32,000 nucleotides of DNA from Candidatus Saccharimonadota bacterium (lineage in GTDB: Bacteria > Patescibacteriota > Saccharimonadia > Saccharimonadales > Saccharimonadaceae). Both the position numbers and the translations under genes were made by a program. Where the stretch lies: contig CP064995.1 in the NCBI GenBank assembly GCA_016700015.1, forward strand, positions 240,001-272,000, read 5' to 3'. A model generated the notes under the pieces. That model was not told the origin of the DNA and ran no database searches. It worked only from the letters and a program-made list of their open reading frames with translations. Positions 25,299 to 32,000 of the stretch are shown in pieces. The stretch's first letter is position 1. Every line of letters begins with the position of its first letter.

Positions 25299-25604
25299 AT
25301 GGACTTCGATCTTAGCGTGTACATTCCAGCGGGCGCCGTCCAGGGAGCCCTGGGCTCAGCTGTCATCGCCTTTACGGCGGTGGTTGGTATCGCCCTTATC
25401 GCCGCGCTTGTCGGGGGTATGATGAGCCTCGGCGGCAACAGCGGTGACTTTGGGAAAGCCTTGAATAAGGGGCTGATGTACATCGTGTTGCCGGCGACCG
25501 TGATCGGTGGTTTCATCGGTTGGCTGGGTGCACCATGGTATGTCGGCGTGCTCGCCAATATGTGCTTCTATTGGTTGCTTTTCAAGTTTGGCAACCGAAA
25601 GTAG
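25299..25604 (+). CDS. Hypothetical small membrane protein (101 aa, ~3 hydrophobic segments)
   Basis: ORF track entry. It has its own promoter, SD and a strong terminator, and appears to favour G/C at third codon positions. Confidence 0.6.
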   Translation: MDFDLSVYIPAGAVQGALGSAVIAFTAVVGIALIAALVGGMMSLGGNSGDFGKALNKGLMYIVLPATVIGGFIGWLGAPWYVGVLANMCFYWLLFKFGNRK

Positions 25605-25627
25605 CGCCAGCGCTAGCGCACAACTTC

Positions 25628-25663
25628 GCCGCAGAAAACTCAGTTTTCTGCGGCTGCTTTTTT
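25628..25663 (+). terminator. Rho-independent terminator
   Basis: Perfect 12-bp stem GCCGCAGAAAAC (25628-25639) / GTTTTCTGCGGC (25643-25654) with loop tca, followed by tgcTTTTTT. Confidence 0.75.
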
Positions 25664-25680
25664 GGAAATGATAGTTCTAA

Positions 25681-25718
25681 CTAAATGAAATGAAACAGCC
25701 CACCGAAGCGGCCTTGGG
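25681..25718 (-). terminator. Possible terminator for the minus-strand small ORF
   Basis: The minus strand reads CCCAaggCCGcttCGGTGGG (a bulged hairpin) followed by the interrupted U-tract ctgtttcatttcattt. Confidence 0.3.
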
Positions 25719-25767
25719 TTGTAAGAGCTTGAACTCTCACAACGAGCCGTTTCGATGGGCATAGGTA

Positions 25768-25962
25768 TCATCTGCGCTTGTTCGGGCGATGCGTCCAGGT
25801 GAGAGCGAACACGGTGACGATGATCCACAGTATGTGGCTGGCGTCGCCCGTCTTGAAGAACTGGACAACAAACCAGGCTGCCAGGATGAGCAGCGCGACG
25901 TCGAGGGCTGCCGAGATGGACCTGCGCACAGGATGCCTTCTTTCTGAGGTGCACTTTCGCAC
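25768..25962 (-). CDS. Hypothetical 64-aa two-TM protein with basic termini
   Basis: GTG start. The product is MRKCTSERRHPVRRSISAALDVALLILAAWFVVQFFKTGDASHILWIIVTVFALTWTHRPNKRR. It is the only sensible reading among three overlapping minus-strand ORFs and lies downstream of a consensus promoter. Confidence 0.45.
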   Translation of the reverse strand: MRKCTSERRHPVRRSISAALDVALLILAAWFVVQFFKTGDASHILWIIVTVFALTWTHRPNKRR

Positions 25963-25995
25963 CTTCTTTTGTGGGTGTGATCGAAAGACATTTTA

Positions 25996-26024
25996 ATTAT
26001 AGCATACTTATATATAAATGTCAA
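25996..26024 (-). promoter_or_regulatory. Perfect-consensus sigma70 promoter (TTGACA-N17-TATAAT) on the minus strand
   Basis: The minus strand reads cTATTGACAtttatatataagtatgcTATAATtaaaatg. The -35 box is at 26019-26024 and the -10 box at 25996-26001, with a spacer of exactly 17 nt. Confidence 0.6.
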
Positions 26025-26027
26025 TAG

Positions 26028-26055
26028 TTACCACTATTATGACCGATGATATACT
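26028..26055 (+). promoter_or_regulatory. Candidate promoter for fba, back-to-back with the minus-strand consensus promoter
   Basis: TTACCA (26028-26033), 16-nt spacer, TATACT (26050-26055). SD AGGGGG lies before ATG 26092. Confidence 0.4.
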
Positions 26056-26091
26056 AGATAGTAGATAACCATAACAACTTTTAGGGGGTAC

Positions 26092-27003
26092 ATGGGGCTA
26101 ACTATTACTGAGATTCGTGACCGTACACTTCGTGCCAGGCATTTGATGCAGCGGAGTCGGCAGCAGGGCTTTGCGGTGGGTGCATTTAACATCGACAACC
26201 AAGAAACGCTGATTGCCGTCTGTCGAGCAGCGCAAAAGCTTAATGCACCAGTGATGGTCGAAGTGAGCGATGGCGAAGTAAAAGCACTTGGTCTCGAAAA
26301 CATTCGCGATATGGTCGACAATTACCGTGACGAATACGGGGTGGAGATATATATTAACCTTGACCATAGCCCAACGGTTGAGGCGTGCAAGCAAGCGATC
26401 GATGTTGGGTTTGAATTTATTCATATTGACATCAGCCAGGCAAATCACGATGCTACTGAAGAAGAAATAATCGCTAAAACCAAAGAGGTGGTGGAGTACG
26501 CCCGTTTTACAGGTGCGCTCGTTGAGAGTGAGCCACACTATTTTGGCGGCAGTAGCAACGTACATCACGAAGACATCAACTACGATGAGATTAAAAAAAC
26601 GTTTAGTACACCTGAAAGTGCCAAAGCATTTTGCGACGCGACGGGTGTCGATACGTTTGCCGCAGCGATCGGCAACTTGCACGGTAAGTATGACGTACCG
26701 AAAGAACTTGATATTGAGCTACTGCAGCGTATCCGCGAAAGCATCGGTTGCCAGATTAGCCTGCACGGTGGCAGCGGCACGCCACTCCACTACTTCGAGG
26801 AAGCGGCTAAAGTGGGCGTGAGTAAAATCAACATCAATAGCGATATGCGCTATGCATTCCGTACGGTGCTCGAGCAGTCGCTTCAGCAGCACCCCGATGA
26901 ATTTGCAGTGGTGAAACTAATGGACGACGTAAAAGACGCTGTGCAAGCGGTGGTCGAAGAAAAGATCACAGCATTTGGCAGTGCCGGCAAGGCAGTTCGC
27001 TAG
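26092..27003 (+). CDS. fba: Class II fructose-bisphosphate aldolase family protein
   Basis: GAFNIDNQETLIAVCRAAQKLNAPVMVEVS, LDHS, HIDIS, LHGGSGTP. Confidence 0.9.
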   Translation: MGLTITEIRDRTLRARHLMQRSRQQGFAVGAFNIDNQETLIAVCRAAQKLNAPVMVEVSDGEVKALGLENIRDMVDNYRDEYGVEIYINLDHSPTVEACKQAIDVGFEFIHIDISQANHDATEEEIIAKTKEVVEYARFTGALVESEPHYFGGSSNVHHEDINYDEIKKTFSTPESAKAFCDATGVDTFAAAIGNLHGKYDVPKELDIELLQRIRESIGCQISLHGGSGTPLHYFEEAAKVGVSKININSDMRYAFRTVLEQSLQQHPDEFAVVKLMDDVKDAVQAVVEEKITAFGSAGKAVR

Positions 27004-27004
27004 C

Positions 27005-27994
27005 ATGGTGAAGATTTTGAGTATTGGCAAGGGCACGCAAGACGTGTTCCTCAAAAGTGACGAATTTGACCCGCACAAAGAAGGCAGGCATATGTATACT
27101 CACTTGCCACTCGGTCTTAAAATGGAGGTCGAAGACGTGCATTTTTGTACAGGTGGCAATGCGACCAATGTTGCAGTGACTTTTGCGCGGCAGGGGCTGG
27201 AGAGTGGGTACCTGTGGGGGCTGGGTGACGACCCGGCGAGCGCGTCGATACTACGCGAGCTGGACGAAGAGGGAGTCAATACCTCGCATGTGGTACAAAA
27301 GCCTGAATATCAGTCGGGCTATTCGGTGATTATGATTGCGACAAATGGCGAACGAACTATACTCAACCATCGTGGCAAAGCATTCGGTCGCACCGGACGA
27401 CACAACTTTGACCTAGCTGTAATCGGCTCGTATGACTGGATATATCCAACAAGTCTTGGTGACGGTGGTTTGCCACTGCTTCACGAAATTGTCTCGACAG
27501 CCGCTCGGCACAAGGTAAAGGTGATGCTCAACCCAGCTGGGCCGGAATTGGCTGATCCTGCAAGATTAAAAACAATCCTTGAAGATGTCGAGGTACTTTG
27601 CTGCAACAAAGAAGAAATGAGTTTGCTCGTTGCAGGCGCTACTTGTGAAGAACTGGCACTTCACGCGTTAAGCTACGTGCCAGTAGCCATCGTGAGTGAT
27701 GGCCCTAATGGCGTGGTTGCGACCGATGGCAAAACCATCGTACGTGCTGGTATGTATGAAGACGTGCCGGTAGTGGATCGCACCGGTGCGGGTGACGCGT
27801 TTGCCAGTGGATTTTTGAGTCAGTGGAGCCAAGGTAAAAGTCTCAAGCAGTCGATTATATTTGCCAGCGCCAATAGCACGAGTGTTGTCACAAAGATTGG
27901 CGCGAAGGCTGGTATACTACCCAAAAGTGTACGGCTACATGAGATGCCAATTCATGAACGTCCCGTTAATTTACGCGAGGCGCCCCATGTCTAA
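27005..27994 (+). CDS. PfkB-family carbohydrate/nucleoside kinase
   Basis: The ATG lies 1 nt after the fba TAG. Motifs present are TGGNATNVAVTFARQG (di-Gly motif) and DRTGAGDAFASGFL (anion hole and catalytic Asp). Confidence 0.85.
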   Translation: MVKILSIGKGTQDVFLKSDEFDPHKEGRHMYTHLPLGLKMEVEDVHFCTGGNATNVAVTFARQGLESGYLWGLGDDPASASILRELDEEGVNTSHVVQKPEYQSGYSVIMIATNGERTILNHRGKAFGRTGRHNFDLAVIGSYDWIYPTSLGDGGLPLLHEIVSTAARHKVKVMLNPAGPELADPARLKTILEDVEVLCCNKEEMSLLVAGATCEELALHALSYVPVAIVSDGPNGVVATDGKTIVRAGMYEDVPVVDRTGAGDAFASGFLSQWSQGKSLKQSIIFASANSTSVVTKIGAKAGILPKSVRLHEMPIHERPVNLREAPHV

Positions 27995-29483
27995 ATATCT
28001 CCAACAGCTACTTGGTGCCGATGAGCCGATGTTCAGTACGACGCTCAGGCAGCTAGAAAAAATGACTGGGCATAAGGCGACAGACGTGGCTTATATCGCT
28101 GATATGACAGCACGAGCCCACCAGGTGATGCGCCGTATGGGACTCGATGTTGCCGACACCACCGAACACGAACTCTACCGTGCGCTCGCTGCCCATGCCC
28201 ATAACCAGACCCTGTTCATAGCAACCGATGACGTGGGGATCATCATCCACGGTCAGGCTGTATCGTTTAATTACGAAGACGTGCAGGAAAACATTCATCG
28301 CCCATTTGCTGAACGCATGACTGAGCACATGAAGTGCCAAATCAAATACGGCCTGACTTCGCGCTATGTGGCCGCCGATGGTGATGATGAAGTAGCAATT
28401 GAAGAACTTATTGCTCAAGCAGGGCTTAGTGTGTGTGACATGAGCGACTATCACGAACATAAGCAGACAAATGTAAAGCAAAAGACTCGGCCGCCGCGGC
28501 TGCTATTTATTGGTGACATTTTTACCGACGCGTTTATCAAACTCAGCCCGAAAGTCGCTCGCGTCGATAAAGACGACCAGGGTCGATCATGGATTAGTAT
28601 TCCATTCGGTGGCCGTCCGCCCTATGAGGAAGTGGAGATCGTCCAATCGGTTGGCCCAGCTCCCAATGCAGCCGTTTCTTGTGCGCGACTTGGACTTGAT
28701 GTGAGTTTGATGAGTTGGCTTGGTGACGACAAGCCTGGCGGTGATTCGCTCGCATACCTTTCCAAACAACAGGTTAACACGCAGCTCGTATCACAGAAAA
28801 AGCAGGCAAAATCAAACTACTACTATGTACTGCGGCTTGGCGCAGAGCGTACGATTTTGACGAAAGATGAAGACTATAGCTATGTATGGCAAGAGCCGCA
28901 TATGGTGCCAGATTGGATCTACCTGGCCAGTATTAGTGGTGAATCGTGGGGGTTGCATGAAGCCCTCGACAACTACCTAGGGCAGCACCCAGACATAAAA
29001 TTTGTCATTCAGCCGGGTACGTTTCATTTTGAATGGGGCGTCAAGAAGATGGCGCAGCTTTACCGACATGCCTATATGGTGATCCTTAACCGCGAGGAGG
29101 CCGTTATGCTCACAGGCAAAAGTCATGAGTCGATACCAGAACTAGCAGCTGCGTTGCATGAACTTGGTCCGCTCTATGTGGTGATTACTGATGGCCCTTC
29201 TGGTTCGTACGCGTCTTTTGATGGAAAGCTCCTAAAAATGCCTAACTATCCAGACCCGGCGCCGCCGTATGATCGCACTGGTGCTGGCGATGCTTTTGCG
29301 AGTACGGTGGTCGCAGCGATGGCACTAGGAGAAGGTTTTGAAACGGCCCTTACGTGGGCGCCTATCAACAGTATGAGTGTTGTCCAAAAACTCGGGGCTC
29401 AAGCGGGATTACTTTCCAAAGCGACAATCGAGGAGTATATCAAAAAAGCACCGAAATGGTATAAGTTAGAGGAGATTAAATAA
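27987..29483 (+). CDS. PfkB-family kinase with a ~170-aa N-terminal domain of unknown function
   Basis: The start ATGTCTAA overlaps the upstream stop by 8 nt. The C-terminal ~320 aa carry DRTGAGDAFASTVV, but the di-Gly motif is replaced by VGPAPNAAVSCARLG. I do not recognise the N-terminal MSKYLQQLLG...AQAGLSV region. Confidence 0.75.
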   Translation: MSKYLQQLLGADEPMFSTTLRQLEKMTGHKATDVAYIADMTARAHQVMRRMGLDVADTTEHELYRALAAHAHNQTLFIATDDVGIIIHGQAVSFNYEDVQENIHRPFAERMTEHMKCQIKYGLTSRYVAADGDDEVAIEELIAQAGLSVCDMSDYHEHKQTNVKQKTRPPRLLFIGDIFTDAFIKLSPKVARVDKDDQGRSWISIPFGGRPPYEEVEIVQSVGPAPNAAVSCARLGLDVSLMSWLGDDKPGGDSLAYLSKQQVNTQLVSQKKQAKSNYYYVLRLGAERTILTKDEDYSYVWQEPHMVPDWIYLASISGESWGLHEALDNYLGQHPDIKFVIQPGTFHFEWGVKKMAQLYRHAYMVILNREEAVMLTGKSHESIPELAAALHELGPLYVVITDGPSGSYASFDGKLLKMPNYPDPAPPYDRTGAGDAFASTVVAAMALGEGFETALTWAPINSMSVVQKLGAQAGLLSKATIEEYIKKAPKWYKLEEIK

Positions 29484-30106
29484 TGAGATATCAGATTTGC
29501 GTATCTGGTGCGGCTGCTGGTGAAACTGTTGATGATTCGCACAGCCAAGCATTTGCACTTGGTGTCGAAATTGCTAGGGCTGGCAAAACTCTGCTAACCG
29601 GTGCAACCGTGGGTTTGCCTCACTATGCGGCTATGGGTTTTAAGAGTATTAAAAATCCAAGAGGTAGTTCTATTGGCTTTAGCCCGGCGAGTTCGTTTCG
29701 CGAGCACGTAAGCACTTATCGTCTCCCTACGATTGAATTTGACTACATTAACTTTACCGGCATGGAATATGTGGGGCGTGACGTGCACTTGGTACGTAGT
29801 AGTGATGCAGTCATTACAGTTGGGGGTCGGATGGGTAGTTTGCACGAAATGGCGACCGCACTTGAGAGTCGTAAGGTATGTGGCGTATTGCTTGGAAGCG
29901 GTGGTTTGGCTGATTATGCTGCGACGTTACTGAAGCATGTTGAAGCTCCCGGAGGCAAAGATGTCATATTTGATACAGATCCAAAAAAGCTAGTTGCTAA
30001 GGTTGTTGAGGCACTTGATAAGAAATATGCAGATTTCCATGATTCATCAGCCGAAGTTGCATCGCGTGATCAGCTGGTCAATAAAAAGACGGTACGAAGA
30101 GGGTAG
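29483..30106 (+). CDS. LOG/TIGR00725-like (SLOG) Rossmann-fold protein
   Basis: The ATG overlaps the upstream [17 protein letters not shown]...LLTGATVG...[18 protein letters not shown] resembles the LOG-family GGxGTxxE region. Confidence 0.6.
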   Translation: MRYQICVSGAAAGETVDDSHSQAFALGVEIARAGKTLLTGATVGLPHYAAMGFKSIKNPRGSSIGFSPASSFREHVSTYRLPTIEFDYINFTGMEYVGRDVHLVRSSDAVITVGGRMGSLHEMATALESRKVCGVLLGSGGLADYAATLLKHVEAPGGKDVIFDTDPKKLVAKVVEALDKKYADFHDSSAEVASRDQLVNKKTVRRG

Positions 30107-30108
30107 CG

Positions 30109-30114
30109 TATAAT
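30109..30114 (+). promoter_or_regulatory. -10 box TATAAT 6 nt upstream of the uvrB GTG
   Basis: Sequence gcgTATAATaaaaagGTGaat. Confidence 0.3.
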
Positions 30115-30120
30115 AAAAAG

Positions 30121-32000
30121 GTGAATCAATTTCGCCTTTATTCCAAGTACCAGCCTACTGGCGATCAGCCCACAGCGATTGCTCAGCTTGTTGAAGGTCT
30201 CGCGAATGGCGAACATGAGCAGACGCTACTTGGTGTGACGGGCAGCGGAAAAACATTCACAATGGCAAATATTATTGCAAATCGCAATGTTCCGACGCTG
30301 ATACTTGCCCATAACAAAACACTCGCTGCACAATTGTTCGGTGAATTTAAATCATTTTTTCCAGACAACGAAGTCCACTATTTTGTCAGCTATTTTGATT
30401 ACTACCAGCCCGAAGCCTACATTGCCAGCAGTGATACCTACATTGAAAAAGACTCGGCGATCAACGAAGAAATTGACCGATTGCGTCATGCTGCGACCAG
30501 TGCCTTGCTAACGCGAAGAGACGTTATTATTGTGGCCAGCGTCAGCTGCATCTATGGTATTGGTTCACCCGATGATTATGCCGACATGTCGATAACAGTT
30601 CGTCGCGGTGAACGCCGTGTTCGGGACAAATTTATTCGCCAGCTTACAGACATTCAATATCATCGTAATGACATCGATTTCGCTCGTGGTACGTTTAGGG
30701 TACGCGGCGATGTTGTTGACGTATTTCCGGCTGGTCGTGACACGGCGTATCGACTTGAGTTTTACGGCGATGATATTGATCGTATTACAACTATCGACCC
30801 GCTAACTGGCGAAATTCTTGACGAGCCTGAAGAGTGTAAAATCTTTCCGAGTAGTCACTATGTGACGCCGCGCGACAAAGTAGCACGAGCAATTGAAGGA
30901 ATTCGTAAAGAATTCGAAGAACGAATGGCGTGGTTTGAGCAGCACGACAAGCTGCTGGAGGCGCAGCGGCTTGCACAGCGCACGAAATTTGACCTTGAGA
31001 TGCTCGAAGAGACAGGTTTTGTGAAAGGAATTGAGAACTACAGTCGCTACCTGACTAACCGTGAACCTGGTGAACAGCCAGCAACACTCCTTGATTATTT
31101 CCCGGATGATTTTTTGTTATTTGTTGATGAAAGCCACGTCACACTGCCGCAAGTTCGTGGCATGTACAATGGTGATCGCGCGCGCAAGGAAGTACTGGTT
31201 GACTACGGGTTTCGGCTGCCAAGTGCACTTGATAATCGTCCGCTAAGGTTTGATGAGTTTGAAAAACACGTGAATCAAGTGGTTTATGTGTCGGCCACAC
31301 CGAGTGATTACGAGCTGCAGCATAGCCCGCCTCCTGCACAGCAAATTATCCGTCCAACTGGTTTGCTTGACCCGGCGATTACTGTCAAGCCGATTCATGG
31401 TCAAATCGATGATCTGATTGCGGAGATTAGAGATCGAACAGCCAAACACCAGCGTGTACTCGTGACCACACTCACCAAGCGCATGGCGGAAGACCTTAGC
31501 GCCCACCTTATCGATCTGGGCATGAAAACAGCCTATATTCATAGCGACATCGATACGCTCGAACGTGGTGACATCCTACGCGATCTACGTATGGGTACCT
31601 ACGACGTACTCGTCGGTATTAATCTATTACGCGAAGGGCTCGACCTTCCGGAAGTCAGCCTAGTGGCGATTTTAGACGCTGATAAAGAAGGATTTTTGCG
31701 GAGCGAAGGCGCGCTCATACAGACGATCGGCCGTGCGGCCAGGCATGTTGAGGGTGGTGTAATTATGTATGCTGACCAGGTAACGGGCAGTATGCAGCGT
31801 GCAATTGACGAAACCAACCGTCGTCGAAGTATACAGCAAGCCTACAATGAATCGCACGGTATTACGCCGCGCGGCGTCGACAAAGCAATCGATGAAGGCT
31901 TGCGATCAATTATCCCTCAAAAAGAAGACGTGAAAGAAAAATTAAATCTCAACAAGATACCGAAGGATGAGTATGCGGCGCTCGTGAAAGACCTAAAGGG
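30121..32000 (+). CDS. uvrB: Excinuclease ABC subunit B, N-terminal ~626 aa (3' end lies outside the window)
   Basis: This gene is absent from the ORF track because it has no stop in the window. My translation gives [27 protein letters not shown]...[15 protein letters not shown]...[14 protein letters not shown]-like ([11 protein letters not shown] here). The frame stays open to position 32000. Confidence 0.9.
   Translation, partial: MNQFRLYSKYQPTGDQPTAIAQLVEGLANGEHEQTLLGVTGSGKTFTMANIIANRNVPTLILAHNKTLAAQLFGEFKSFFPDNEVHYFVSYFDYYQPEAYIASSDTYIEKDSAINEEIDRLRHAATSALLTRRDVIIVASVSCIYGIGSPDDYADMSITVRRGERRVRDKFIRQLTDIQYHRNDIDFARGTFRVRGDVVDVFPAGRDTAYRLEFYGDDIDRITTIDPLTGEILDEPEECKIFPSSHYVTPRDKVARAIEGIRKEFEERMAWFEQHDKLLEAQRLAQRTKFDLEMLEETGFVKGIENYSRYLTNREPGEQPATLLDYFPDDFLLFVDESHVTLPQVRGMYNGDRARKEVLVDYGFRLPSALDNRPLRFDEFEKHVNQVVYVSATPSDYELQHSPPPAQQIIRPTGLLDPAITVKPIHGQIDDLIAEIRDRTAKHQRVLVTTLTKRMAEDLSAHLIDLGMKTAYIHSDIDTLERGDILRDLRMGTYDVLVGINLLREGLDLPEVSLVAILDADKEGFLRSEGALIQTIGRAARHVEGGVIMYADQVTGSMQRAIDETNRRRSIQQAYNESHGITPRGVDKAIDEGLRSIIPQKEDVKEKLNLNKIPKDEYAALVKDLK

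Noticed and set aside
25290-25970. Impression of a higher-GC island, suggesting horizontal acquisition.
   Set aside because: I cannot compute GC or GC3 here, and the neighbouring tkt-C gene also looks GC-rich by eye. I therefore do not claim a compositional island. A sliding-window GC/GC3 and codon-adaptation plot would decide.
25640-26024. Two further minus-strand ORFs (104 aa and 95 aa) and one + strand ORF (25778..25996) overlapping the 64-codon ORF.
   Set aside because: Their translations are rich in Arg/Pro/Ser/His and lack hydrophobic or structured patterns, which is typical of off-frame readings of a G/C-rich coding segment. One of them also runs through the terminator hairpin.
27861-27986. 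Upstream extension of the second PfkB ORF, and similarly 26975-27004 for the first kinase, 20704-20787 for rpiB, 19970-19987 for the pilin, 16206-16229 for ppa and 3364-3402 for the peptidase.
   Set aside because: These extensions overlap the preceding genes in another frame. Internal ATGs with SD, overlap-coupling or -10 boxes give N-termini that match the family patterns.
440-31857. Numerous 60-190-aa ORFs antisense to or out of frame with recognised genes. Examples are 2757..3260 (+), 5797..6216 (-), 13552..14082 (-), 20779..21279 (-), 22022..22450 (-), 26098..26682 (-) and 28053..28481 (-).
   Set aside because: They are shadow ORFs inside confidently assigned genes. Their composition is skewed (rich in R/S/C/H), they have no start signals, and they have no family motifs.
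1-32000. Searched for CRISPR arrays, transposase or integrase genes, rRNA genes, long tandem or inverted repeats, and alternative genetic code use.
   Set aside because: I saw no spaced direct repeats, no recombinase-like ORFs and no rRNA-like stretches. TGA is used as a stop (pilin, tkt-C), so the standard code applies. My by-eye search cannot exclude short dispersed repeats.

Overview
The window is a gene-dense stretch (about 36 CDS, standard code, no rRNA, tRNA, CRISPR or mobile-element genes seen). Its content looks like a reduced Patescibacteria/CPR genome of the Saccharibacteria type; this is my inference from gene content, not a database result. From left to right it holds: the pheT 3' end; an orphan TrpF-like TIM barrel; a four-gene surface module (two secreted beta-rich proteins, a polytopic-membrane::ER-type SipW-like signal peptidase fusion, and a bitopic membrane protein); an FMN reductase; htpX; an ABC exporter; a minimal aerobic chain (cydA, an atypical 177-aa partner, and divergent NDH-2); an FKBP; trxB; a GDPD + PLD pair; ppa; a short Rel; a long sugar-phosphate cluster (gap, pilin, rpiB, rpe, split transketolase, fba, two PfkB kinases, a LOG/TIGR00725-like protein); and the uvrB 5' part. 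The best candidate for an undescribed system is the TasA-like/SipW-fusion module at 2.0-5.7 kb. Other points worth a second look are the non-canonical cytochrome bd partner, a widespread leaderless-promoter pattern (TATACT/TATAAT 6-9 nt before start codons), a consensus-promoter-driven pair of small membrane ORFs between tkt and fba, and a PfkB kinase with an unknown N-terminal domain. All family calls come from motif recognition by eye and need HMM or structure confirmation.
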